IMG/VR virus record: IMGVR_UViG_2585427593_000001
Span: 56,832 to 120,831 of that record
Direction: 5' to 3' (one strand)
Length of the DNA stretch: 64,000 bases
From: a virus
Taxonomy: Duplodnaviria > Heunggongvirae > Uroviricota > Caudoviricetes
Of the stretch, positions 54,255-62,973 are shown piece by piece. The translations under genes and the position numbers were made by a program. How positions within the stretch are numbered: position 1 is the stretch's first letter; every line of letters starts with the position of its first letter. Below the pieces are notes generated by a model. It was not told the DNA's origin and searched no databases. It saw only the letters and a program-made list of their open reading frames with translations.

Positions 54255-54512
54255 ATGGCTACGCCCTTCACCAATCGGCAGCGCCTTGAGTTCGCTGCCG
54301 CGGGCTTTCTGATGGAGATGCGCAAGCAATGGGCGCAACTCCATCCCGAGGATCCCTGCCCCATTAAAAATCTCGCCGACTACCCTGGAAACGAGCGGTC
54401 GGCGCTCATGTCGGCTGTTCAGAAGGCGATCCAGTATGCCGGGTCAGACACCGATGTTGCCTTTGCAGCCTGGGTTGCAAAGCGGGAAGAAGAGGCGGCG
54501 CGCACGACCTGA
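54255..54512 (+). CDS. hypothetical protein
   Basis: ORF. Confidence 0.4.
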   Translation: MATPFTNRQRLEFAAAGFLMEMRKQWAQLHPEDPCPIKNLADYPGNERSALMSAVQKAIQYAGSDTDVAFAAWVAKREEEAARTT

Positions 54513-54560
54513 TGTTCTCCCAAGTTTTTGTGCGCTATAACGTAAGTAAGCAATTACTTA
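54513..54560 (+). promoter_or_regulatory. phage promoter plus hairpin
   Basis: GTTCTCCC-N-GCGCTATAAC followed by TAAGTAAGCAATTACTTAG. Confidence 0.6.
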
Positions 54561-54572
54561 GGAGACGCGAAA

Positions 54573-54887
54573 ATGATCCTGCCTATGCTCATGAATATCG
54601 CTCTCGGCGCCGGAAAGCTCGAGGTCGAGGCCGATGCTAAGAACTATCGCCTTGTCACGCGCGCCTTCGGCACGACGATCACGCTCGCCAAGCTGGACAA
54701 GGAAGCGGTCTATCAGCTGACCCGCACGCCGGACATGCCGGCAACGCGCGACGAGGCGGCCAAGGCATTCGAGAAGCACCAGAAGGATGAGGGCAAGGCG
54801 CTGGCCGACGATCCGGTTCCGCTGCCTACCCCGCGCCCTGAGCGCCGCAAGCCGCAGCTCTCGATCATTCAAGGCGGTGCGGCATGA
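54573..54887 (+). CDS. hypothetical protein
   Basis: A promoter and hairpin lie upstream. Confidence 0.45.
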   Translation: MILPMLMNIALGAGKLEVEADAKNYRLVTRAFGTTITLAKLDKEAVYQLTRTPDMPATRDEAAKAFEKHQKDEGKALADDPVPLPTPRPERRKPQLSIIQGGAA

Positions 54888-55117
54888 GCGCCCGCCTGGT
54901 CAAGAAGGTCATGGCCCTGGCGAAGGATAGGCATCACAAGCCCGTGGTCATCGGCATGCGTTCCGGGCGCACCTATGTCGGCGATCTGGTTAACGCCGAC
55001 ATCAGCAACGGCATCGTCGAGATCACGGTGAAGGACGGCGTCAGCAACAAGAGTTGGACCGCCCTAATCGACATCGACCTCATCGAAGCCGTCGAGCCGC
55101 GCTGGGAGATCACCTGA
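54884..55117 (+). CDS. hypothetical protein
   Basis: ATGA coupling to the upstream ORF. Confidence 0.45.
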   Translation: MSARLVKKVMALAKDRHHKPVVIGMRSGRTYVGDLVNADISNGIVEITVKDGVSNKSWTALIDIDLIEAVEPRWEIT

Positions 55118-55464
55118 TGACCGAGGAAGAAAAGAAAGTCCGTATCCGTGAGCTGAACGATGCGCTGCGCTTCCACGGCATCGTGCGCAACGGCAAGATC
55201 ATCCTCACCGGTGATCTCGCCTATGAGACCGACGACGCCGAGAAGATGACCAAGATCATCAAGGCGCTGCGTGCCTTCAACGATTTCAATGAGGACAACG
55301 ACCCGCACGGCGAGCACGATTGCGCCAAGTTCACCGTCGATGGCGAGGAGTTCATCTTCAAGGTCGACTATTACGCCTTGGATGAGGAGACCCTCTCGGA
55401 GCATCCGGAGGATCCCAACGTCACCATCAGGGTAATGTCGGTGTTCTACGCACGCGACTATTGA
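55117..55464 (+). CDS. hypothetical protein
   Basis: ATG overlaps the upstream stop. Confidence 0.45.
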   Translation: MTEEEKKVRIRELNDALRFHGIVRNGKIILTGDLAYETDDAEKMTKIIKALRAFNDFNEDNDPHGEHDCAKFTVDGEEFIFKVDYYALDEETLSEHPEDPNVTIRVMSVFYARDY

Positions 55465-55493
55465 CGACCGTCAGGAAGGCGCTCACTTCCGAG

Positions 55494-55544
55494 CGCACTC
55501 CTGCAAGTTCTGCGCTATAAACAATAAGTAAGAGCTTACTTAGA
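55494..55544 (+). promoter_or_regulatory. phage promoter plus hairpin
   Basis: GCGCACTCC-N-GCGCTATAAAC followed by TAAGTAAGAGCTTACTTAG. Confidence 0.6.
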
Positions 55545-55558
55545 ACACGGAGAAAGCA

Positions 55559-55780
55559 ATGCCGCCCGACAACATACTCGATCACTTCGCCAGGTGCGCG
55601 AGCTTGGATCAGGAATTCCCCGGCACAATCCTCAAGCGCTGGTTCGAAGGCTCTCACGGCCACTCGACGACGCAGGAGCTGATCATCAAAGCCGATGACG
55701 GCAATACCTATCGCGTAACGATGGATCGTGTCTCAGCCGACGCCGTCGAGGAAGTCCTGAAGGACTCTCATCCGTCATGA
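55559..55780 (+). CDS. hypothetical protein
   Basis: A promoter and hairpin lie upstream. Confidence 0.4.
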   Translation: MPPDNILDHFARCASLDQEFPGTILKRWFEGSHGHSTTQELIIKADDGNTYRVTMDRVSADAVEEVLKDSHPS

Positions 55781-56064
55781 AACGGCGGGTCAAGGTCGGC
55801 GATATCGAGGTCGGGGTCATGGATAACCCTAAGCCCGACCAAAACAATTGGATCGTCTACCGCTACCGGGCTCGAACCGACGAATACCTATCGAAGCAGG
55901 AAGCCCACAGCCAGACAAACGCGGAATACCTATTCACGCAGGTCGTCGGCCAGGAAGAGCTTCGACAGAAAAGGGCAGCAGCAGAGGCAGCTGTTGCCGA
56001 GAGCGACCCAGCGCTGGCTTTGCGCGGGCACTACCACGACCACCCTTTCTACGCGAGGTTCTGA
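55777..56064 (+). CDS. hypothetical protein
   Basis: ATGA coupling to the upstream ORF. Confidence 0.4.
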   Translation: MKRRVKVGDIEVGVMDNPKPDQNNWIVYRYRARTDEYLSKQEAHSQTNAEYLFTQVVGQEELRQKRAAAEAAVAESDPALALRGHYHDHPFYARF

Positions 56065-56065
56065 G

Positions 56066-56317
56066 ATGAGCGTCCAAAAGCGCAAGCGCGAACTCCTGCA
56101 GCTGGCGCGCGCGATATGCCCGAAAGCCACTATCGAGCATTCCGGCCATCACCTGCAGATCACTATTTTCGGGCCGAACGGCTCTCGCAAGGTCTTCTGC
56201 GCTTCAACGGCCGGCGACCATCGCGACACCAAGAACGTCAAGCGCGACCTTTTGGCCGCAGCCCGAGCGATCGGTTTGATCGCAAACCAGAACGAACCTC
56301 CCGCTTCCCAGCGCTGA
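56066..56317 (+). CDS. hypothetical protein
   Basis: The ATG lies immediately after the upstream stop. Confidence 0.4.
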   Translation: MSVQKRKRELLQLARAICPKATIEHSGHHLQITIFGPNGSRKVFCASTAGDHRDTKNVKRDLLAAARAIGLIANQNEPPASQR

Positions 56318-56358
56318 GAGTTCTAAAATAAGCAACGTCTAATGAAAGAGGAACGGCA

Positions 56359-56910
56359 ATGGGATACTCAATGACCGGCGAGAACAAAATCCAGATGGCG
56401 AAGGCTTTTGCCGTCGGCGCACACGGCGCGGTTGAGCAGGTTCGAAAATATACCGGCGAGCCCTACATCGTTCACCCGGCAGCCGTTGCCGCGATCGTCG
56501 AGACGGTGCCGACCCATACCTGGCAGATGCTGTGCTGCGCCTGGCTGCACGACACCGTCGAAGATACCGGCGTGAGCCTCGAGATGATCAAGGAATTGTT
56601 CGGGCGCGAAGTCGAGCAGGGCGTGTGGCATCTGACGAACGTCGCCAAGGAAGCCGGCAACCGCGCAACCCGCTTCAAGCTCAACCTGGAGCGCCTGGCC
56701 GTTGCGCCCAATTGGGTCAAGACGGTGAAATGCGCCGACCTCTACGACAACACCGGCTCGATTGTGAAGCACGACCCGAAGTTCGCCTCGGTTTATCTCA
56801 AGGAGAAGGCAGAGACGCTCGAGATCCTGCGCGGTGCTGACCAGATTCTCTGGGATATGACCTACGAGCAGCTCGGCAATGCCGCGCTCAGCCTGGGTGA
56901 TGCTGCATGA
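56359..56910 (+). CDS. small HD-domain (p)ppGpp hydrolase (SpoT/Mesh1-like)
   Basis: YTGEPYIVHP...WLHDTVEDT...FGREV...HLTNV matches the RelA/SpoT HD hydrolase block. Confidence 0.75.
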   Translation: MGYSMTGENKIQMAKAFAVGAHGAVEQVRKYTGEPYIVHPAAVAAIVETVPTHTWQMLCCAWLHDTVEDTGVSLEMIKELFGREVEQGVWHLTNVAKEAGNRATRFKLNLERLAVAPNWVKTVKCADLYDNTGSIVKHDPKFASVYLKEKAETLEILRGADQILWDMTYEQLGNAALSLGDAA

Positions 56911-57449
56911 ACGGTCCCGTCAACATCTACGAAATCGAGACCCTGCCGGATGGGCATACCACCCTGCAGGTGATCTCCATCCGCGACACGCTGCAGGGCG
57001 AACAGTATTTCGTGCGCCTGGCCGATGGCGCCGACGACTACGAGGACACGCCTTTCGAGGACTATCCGCAAGCTTATGCCCACTATCGCAACACCTTGCG
57101 CACCCTCGGCATCAACGTGGCTTATTGCGCGCCGCAGGTCGAGTTTAGCTTTGCAGAGGAGAGCAAGAAGGCGAAGACCTGGGTCGATGTCTTCTACGAC
57201 TTCCACAGCCAACTGTCGTATTGCAAGGCCGGGACCGAGCAGGCGACGGCTGTGCGCGACAAGTTCATGGCCGATCCTGAGTTCAAGGAGTTTGCCGCGG
57301 AGATCTTGGCCGAGGCCGGTGAAAAGGTCGACTGGATCCACGCGATCATTCGCACCACCTGCAGGCGGGTGCTGGCGAAGGAGCAGGTCGAGGCGAAACG
57401 AATGATCGAGGAGCAGTTAGGGTCACTGTCCACGTTCGGGGCTTTCTAG
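56907..57449 (+). CDS. hypothetical protein ending LSTFGAF
   Basis: ATGA coupling to the upstream ORF. It carries the shared C-terminal FGAF motif. Confidence 0.5.
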   Translation: MNGPVNIYEIETLPDGHTTLQVISIRDTLQGEQYFVRLADGADDYEDTPFEDYPQAYAHYRNTLRTLGINVAYCAPQVEFSFAEESKKAKTWVDVFYDFHSQLSYCKAGTEQATAVRDKFMADPEFKEFAAEILAEAGEKVDWIHAIIRTTCRRVLAKEQVEAKRMIEEQLGSLSTFGAF

Positions 57450-57487
57450 GGATCTTCGCGGCCGCACTCTGTCCTGCTCACACCCTA

Positions 57488-57520
57488 CCGCACTCCAATG
57501 CAGCAACTGTTAAAACTTGA
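57488..57520 (+). promoter_or_regulatory. class-2 promoter-like element CCGCACTCCAA-N11-TTAAAACTT
   Basis: Three near-identical copies occur in the window (57488, 62532, 62974). Confidence 0.45.
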
Positions 57521-57558
57521 ACATTCGCAAGTGAGCAATGCACAGGAGGACAGTCGCA

Positions 57559-57978
57559 ATGGTGAACGTGCCGAATATCGAGCGCGTTATCGCATCGATC
57601 AAGGGTGAGCTGCCTGAGACGCGCGATCTGGGTTTCAACATGGCTGCCTATGTCTACCAGGCAGGCCGCAATCTCCCCGACCATTCCGGGCGAAACCTCT
57701 CCTGGGTCGCCTGCGTCGGCGGGCATGCCTACATCCTGGATGTCGGCTGCACCTACGAGCAGGCAAAGCATGAAGATCCGAACGAGATCGAGGAAATCGC
57801 CCAGCAGTATCTCGGGCTGAGCGACGAGCAGGCGAACGCCCTCTTCTTCGACCTGCCCATCGGATTGACGCTGGAATGGATACCCGTTTCCCACGTCATC
57901 GAGGTTCTGGAGCGTCTGGCGCGCACCGGTGAAGTTCTCTGGTTTGAAGGCGAGAGCCACGTCGCCGAAGCTGCATAG
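57559..57978 (+). CDS. hypothetical protein
   Basis: A class-2 promoter lies upstream and the start has the CAGGAGG RBS. Confidence 0.45.
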   Translation: MVNVPNIERVIASIKGELPETRDLGFNMAAYVYQAGRNLPDHSGRNLSWVACVGGHAYILDVGCTYEQAKHEDPNEIEEIAQQYLGLSDEQANALFFDLPIGLTLEWIPVSHVIEVLERLARTGEVLWFEGESHVAEAA

Positions 57979-57987
57979 GAGGCAGTT

Positions 57988-58347
57988 TTGAAGGTCTATA
58001 TCGCAGCCATCACTCACAAGCAGGGCATCAATCTCTATGCCGGCGCGACCAAGGCAGAGCTGCTCTCCCAGCTTGCCGACTATGTCCGCGAGCAAGGCGG
58101 CCCGATCGAATGGGCAGGCTCCTTTCAGCCGGCAAGCCAGGACGAAATCGACGCCATGAGCGACGAGAAGGTCGTGGAGCTCTATTTCGAGGGTCATCCG
58201 TCGGAGTTCATCGACGAGGATTCGTCCGAGATCTCCGAGTCGGTATGGATCGTTTCGAGCGCCGGTGGCGCTGCGACGAAGGTCGCCTGGGACGATTCCT
58301 ACCGTCCGCAGGGCACGGCAATTTCCAGCCAGGAGAGGAAGCATTGA
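57988..58347 (+). CDS. hypothetical protein (TTG start)
   Basis: ORF. Confidence 0.4.
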   Translation: MKVYIAAITHKQGINLYAGATKAELLSQLADYVREQGGPIEWAGSFQPASQDEIDAMSDEKVVELYFEGHPSEFIDEDSSEISESVWIVSSAGGAATKVAWDDSYRPQGTAISSQERKH

Positions 58348-58778
58348 GCGATACACCCGAACCGACCAGCATTTGGACCCAGCTGAAGCTGGATCCTGAC
58401 CTGGTGCCCTTCATCGTGCTCTCGCCGCGGGATATCAACCATCTGGCCGAGCTTGCTGCGTGCGCGGAGGATCCCGTTGCCTGGTTGACCGAAGAGCTGC
58501 ACAAGCGCGGCCGGCACCGGAAGAATATACAGCAGGCATCCAGGACGCAGCGGATGGCTGAGGATCGTCGCCGGATCGTTGAGTCGACCGAGTGGCCGGG
58601 CTATCCAATCCTGCCGCTAAAGTCGCAGCCGTGGGTTACTGAGGCCAACAACGGCATCATGAAGTTCGGCTACATCAACGAGGCGAATCGGCTGATCGTC
58701 ATGGACAAACCTGCCGGCAAGACCTTGAAGGTTTACGCCTCGCTCGATGAGCTGGTTGACGAATGGAGCGTCGACTGA
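58344..58778 (+). CDS. hypothetical protein (TTG start overlapping the upstream stop)
   Basis: ORF. Confidence 0.35.
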   Translation: MSDTPEPTSIWTQLKLDPDLVPFIVLSPRDINHLAELAACAEDPVAWLTEELHKRGRHRKNIQQASRTQRMAEDRRRIVESTEWPGYPILPLKSQPWVTEANNGIMKFGYINEANRLIVMDKPAGKTLKVYASLDELVDEWSVD

Positions 58779-59390
58779 TGGCGCTAAGGGGCTGATTTAG
58801 CTAACGATTCAGCCCGACGCAACGTGAACGGTTTTAGCGAAATGTGATGATACCGCTCGCGCTATGTTTCCGCTAGTCTTGATTCGTTGGATTAAGCCGA
58901 ACCTCCGGTGCATGCACGTTTCTGTGCATTGCCAGCAAGCGGAGGTAAGGCTTAAATTCAAGTGCCACCAGACTAGAAAGGAGCCGCTCTTGGCTATTAT
59001 CTGGAAATGTTGTGTGGCAGCAGCGCTCGTGACAATCGGCATTCATTATATGTCGGAAGGCGTCGCGGTAATAAGAGAGGCCGTCTCGGGTAAACACCAA
59101 GACGGCCCTCACGATACGAAGAAGTAGCTGCTGCAACTTGGGGAAGGATGTGCCTGGTAAGCGCCTTCCCCACTTCTTCGATTAGAACGTTCTCGCATTT
59201 CCTACTGCATGTCAAATGGCGGCAGACGTTGTGTTCAGTAACGATTGAACACCAATTCGGCAGCGGCTTCTATCCTGAGTTCTTAGGAGGGCGTTTGAGG
59301 ATTAGCCTGGAACATCTGGGCGGGCACCTGTCCTCACATTCCGGAGGTGATGCCGGTGATGAACTGGTCATCCATGCAGTCGGAAATCTG

Positions 59391-59804
59391 TCATGGTCCA
59401 AAACTTCCAAGCCAACACCTGTCGAAGCCGAGGAGTGAAAGGACGCAAAACCTCACAAAGCGTGAGTTGCTGACATACCAGAATGTCGCATAGTGGGTGA
59501 AATTCAAGCCGGGCTCAATATAAGTGCCCATCTTCCCCCAAAACTCCCTCTCAGGCACTTCCTGCCCACTTACTACTTTTCTACAGATGATTTCGCCATC
59601 CTGGTTCAGATACCAAAGTGAACTGCATAAGTATATGCCGCGTTGAAAGCGATCCACGACGAATGCCCTGGACACATAGCGGGATGCCCCATTACCACCG
59701 CCGAAACCGCCTACAGGAAAAATGTCATATCTCTGCGACTGAGAAAAACTCGGCGAGCTTGTAAAAATGCCGGCTATGATGAGAATGATTTTGAACAGGT
59801 TCAT
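59391..59804 (-). CDS. secreted hypothetical protein (low-GC moron)
   Basis: The signal peptide MNLFKIILIIAGIFTSSPSFS is present. It lies in an AT-rich region. Confidence 0.4.
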   Translation of the reverse strand: MNLFKIILIIAGIFTSSPSFSQSQRYDIFPVGGFGGGNGASRYVSRAFVVDRFQRGIYLCSSLWYLNQDGEIICRKVVSGQEVPEREFWGKMGTYIEPGLNFTHYATFWYVSNSRFVRFCVLSLLGFDRCWLGSFGP

Positions 59805-60102
59805 CTTAGCCCCTAAATATCGAAGCGTGTAGCCTGTTTCACCGTGGGAGTCCCAGGCCCGCGCTGCCGCGATAGAGGCGATGGCGCTTTTCATGGCAGT
59901 TCTTCCTTGGAAAGATTCAATGACGCCGCGATTATTACCACTAACGCGGGCGTGGAGAAATAAACACAATGGACTAAACCGGGGGTTATCATTGATAACC
60001 GGCAGTTATCGGTGGTTAGATGCTCATCTCTACACCGTGCCAGGCAGCGGAAGCGACGAGTCCAGACGCTTCCGTTAACCGTTTATTAACCCTACTTTTC
60101 AG

Positions 60103-60498
60103 CTAGTTAAGATCGGTCTCAGCGCAATACATCCGGGTTGTCGAGGTGCCGATCCAGCAGAATTCGACCGAGCGCCCCTGCGCTTGCGTGATCCAATAAA
60201 CTTTACCACCTGTCGGTTTAATGCCTCCCTCCTCGGAGGCGAATACCGTCGATTGCCAGTTGATGTGCAGCCCATGAGCGTCAACCTGTTGACAAACGAC
60301 CTCTGCGCTTTCGCGAGGCATCATGCCTCGGCATTGATAGAAGCTACGGTTGGTCAGGTCGAAAACGTCGGCATAAAAGCGCCCGACTTGCCCCATCATT
60401 TGCATTTGGTCGTGCGGAAAGATCCTGATCGAGCTGTCGGCTGATGCCGTCGTGACCAATCCGCTCCAAAGGGCCGTAGCGATTAGATGCATGCGCAT
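60103..60498 (-). CDS. secreted hypothetical protein (low-GC moron)
   Basis: The signal peptide MHLIATALWSGLVTTASA is present. It lies in an AT-rich region. Confidence 0.4.
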   Translation of the reverse strand: MRMHLIATALWSGLVTTASADSSIRIFPHDQMQMMGQVGRFYADVFDLTNRSFYQCRGMMPRESAEVVCQQVDAHGLHINWQSTVFASEEGGIKPTGGKVYWITQAQGRSVEFCWIGTSTTRMYCAETDLN

Positions 60499-60595
60499 TT
60501 ACACCTCCTATTTCCGCTTGAACGCATGCAGCTTACCGCAAAGGGTGAAATTACAAAGACCTTGGTTTGAAACCGCGGCAGCGAGGCGAAGGGCG

Positions 60596-60621
60596 AACAA
60601 TATAAGTAAGGATTTACTTAT
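60596..60621 (+). promoter_or_regulatory. hairpin element (TAAGTAAGGATTTACTTAT) with a weak TATAAG upstream of the tail fibre gene
   Basis: A variant of the family. Confidence 0.4.
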
Positions 60622-60668
60622 TATTTGGGCGAAGCTAGAATCGGGGTCTCTTAAACCGGACCTTTCTC

Positions 60669-62516
60669 ATGAAGATCTTCGCCAAGGGCACTATGCTCGG
60701 CAACCCGCTCCTGTCGAGCGAGGTTGTTATTCCTGTCTTCACTGCCCCGACGATGCCTCCCTCTTATACCCAGCGATCGGGCGCGGACGAGAAGTGGGGC
60801 TTCCTCGACTTCATGGTGACGGACGCCGGCGCTGCGGTTAACTCCCCTGTCGGCCGCGTCCTCGTGACCAACGCGCCCTCGCCCAACGCACTCTACATCA
60901 TGACCGGCGACACGGCCGGCCTGGCGATCGTGCCCGATACGGGCCTGATCTACGTGACCAATGGCTCGCTCCTGACGCCTAGCATTCGCACGATCACCGT
61001 CACCGCGGTCAACCTCGCCGGCAGCGCCAGCACGACGATCCGCATTGCGGTCGTGGGCACGGCCACCAACGTCATCTACATCGACCCGACGGCCGGCAAT
61101 GACGGCAACACCGGCACCAAGCCCACGCAGGCGATCAAGACCTGGGCGGCCCGCACCTCGAAGGGCTCGGGCACCAAGACCTATGCCATTCGCCGCGGCA
61201 CCGTGCTCGACGCTGCAATGGTGCTCGCAAACAACGAGACCGTCCGTTGTTATGGCGACCCCGCCCTGCCGGCGCCGAAGGTCATCACGACCACGGCGTT
61301 TGGTCTCTCCGGCACCGATCTCGCCGGCGCAACCGTCCAGGACGTGGATATCTCGGGCGGACAGCGCGCCGTCAACATCAGCCGCGGCACCAATTTCAAG
61401 GCGCTCCGCTGCGTGTTCCGGACGCCGACCGATGGCACCAACCGTCAGCCCTTCTATACCTCCCAGCTCACGGGCCTGGTGTTCCGGCACAATTGGGTGC
61501 CGGCCAATTCCTATGGCGACAACGTCTATTGCCGCGGGTTGAAGAACGCAGAGCTCGCCTACAATCTGCTGGAAACGCCGCTCGGCAGCACGGCCGACAA
61601 TATGCAGATCACCTCTGAGCGCAACGTCCTCTACCCGTGCGCCGATGTCTGGATCCATCACAACACTATGGTCAACGTGGGCGGCACCTCGTCCAAGGGC
61701 AACTGCGTCATCGAGGGATGTGTGCGGGCGCTGGTCGAGAACAACGACTTCAGCGGGCTCTATTTCTGCATGTCCTCGGTCGCAACCTTCAACACCATCC
61801 GCAATAACCGGATGAGCAAGGCGACCTACAGCTCCAACTCCTTCACTATGGGCATCGGCTCGGCCTACGACACCGGTGAGCAGTCCTGGTATGACAATCG
61901 CCTGTCCAGTCCGGGCAACCGCGCTTTCTCGATCTCCGGCACCGGTGAGGCTTCAGGTGCTCCGCTCTGGTCCCGCTACGACTTGGAGATCAACGACAAC
62001 ATCGGCGAAGGCCATACGACCTTCTTCCATCAGAACCGCCTGATGTCCGGCTATTTCCAGTATAACGTCGGGCAGAACAACGTCTCCAATACGGTCTCTG
62101 GCGTCACGACGGTAGCGACGGGCGGCGATTACACGACCCGCACGGTCACGCCGAACTTCCTCAATGCCGGTCAGGGTCCGGTCTGTCTCGAGAAGGCTCG
62201 GATCACGGGCCTGGTCCAGGAAGGGCAGACGGTTACGGTCAGCGAGCCCGTATTCGCCGACGCCGTGTCGCTGCAGTATCAGTGGCGCCTGAACGGTAAG
62301 TATATCGCCGGCGCCACGGGCCAGAGCTTCTCGATCCCGGCAGGTTACGGCAGTCAGATCTCCGATCGCGTTCCGACCTTTGTCACGACCGGCTTTCCTG
62401 GCGGGGCGGCCGGCGAGCTGTCGTGCATCACCCGTGGCGTCGACGTTGCAGGCAACGTGATGATCGCCCCTGCCCTGTTTACCAACGACGAAGCCTATAT
62501 GCCGATCGCTGCATAA
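60669..62516 (+). CDS. tail fibre/tailspike with a right-handed beta-helix (pectate-lyase-like) domain
   Basis: The N-terminus is T/G/A-rich. It has repeated N-rich beta-helix rungs (NNDFSG, IRNNRMS, INDNIG). A promoter and hairpin lie upstream. Confidence 0.6.
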   Translation: MKIFAKGTMLGNPLLSSEVVIPVFTAPTMPPSYTQRSGADEKWGFLDFMVTDAGAAVNSPVGRVLVTNAPSPNALYIMTGDTAGLAIVPDTGLIYVTNGSLLTPSIRTITVTAVNLAGSASTTIRIAVVGTATNVIYIDPTAGNDGNTGTKPTQAIKTWAARTSKGSGTKTYAIRRGTVLDAAMVLANNETVRCYGDPALPAPKVITTTAFGLSGTDLAGATVQDVDISGGQRAVNISRGTNFKALRCVFRTPTDGTNRQPFYTSQLTGLVFRHNWVPANSYGDNVYCRGLKNAELAYNLLETPLGSTADNMQITSERNVLYPCADVWIHHNTMVNVGGTSSKGNCVIEGCVRALVENNDFSGLYFCMSSVATFNTIRNNRMSKATYSSNSFTMGIGSAYDTGEQSWYDNRLSSPGNRAFSISGTGEASGAPLWSRYDLEINDNIGEGHTTFFHQNRLMSGYFQYNVGQNNVSNTVSGVTTVATGGDYTTRTVTPNFLNAGQGPVCLEKARITGLVQEGQTVTVSEPVFADAVSLQYQWRLNGKYIAGATGQSFSIPAGYGSQISDRVPTFVTTGFPGGAAGELSCITRGVDVAGNVMIAPALFTNDEAYMPIAA

Positions 62517-62531
62517 GCCTCCGGGATCCTG

Positions 62532-62562
62532 CCGCACTCCAAAGTCGAATGAGCTAAAACTT
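62532..62562 (+). promoter_or_regulatory. class-2 promoter-like element CCGCACTCCAA-N11-GCTAAAACTT
   Basis: Second copy. Confidence 0.45.
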
Positions 62563-62973
62563 AATCATCAAGAGCGAACGAGAAAGAACGCGAACGATGA
62601 AGACGCTCAGTCGGCTTTGAGGGTGGCTACCTCGACCGTAAATAGCCCGGCAATGGACAGAGCCGTTATCCCACATACGGTAGGCAGGCCGCTAAAATAG
62701 GAGATGGGCAGAGCACATAGAGCCCTACCTCCCGGCTGCTGATCCCGACTGTCGCCCCGCCGTAACGGTCAGCCTGGGTGAAAATCGCTCCTACCCCTAT
62801 GCCTCGAATGGTCCGGTCCACCGGCCGCAGTCGTTGTCAGGGGATCTGCTTGAGTGTTCACGATCCGCTCCTAGAACCGTATCCCGCAGCCACGAGAGCT
62901 GTGATGACGCTGCGGAGCGCGATCAATGAACTCTCGGCTTAGCTACCTAGCTACATAGCCCGCTCACAACCTG

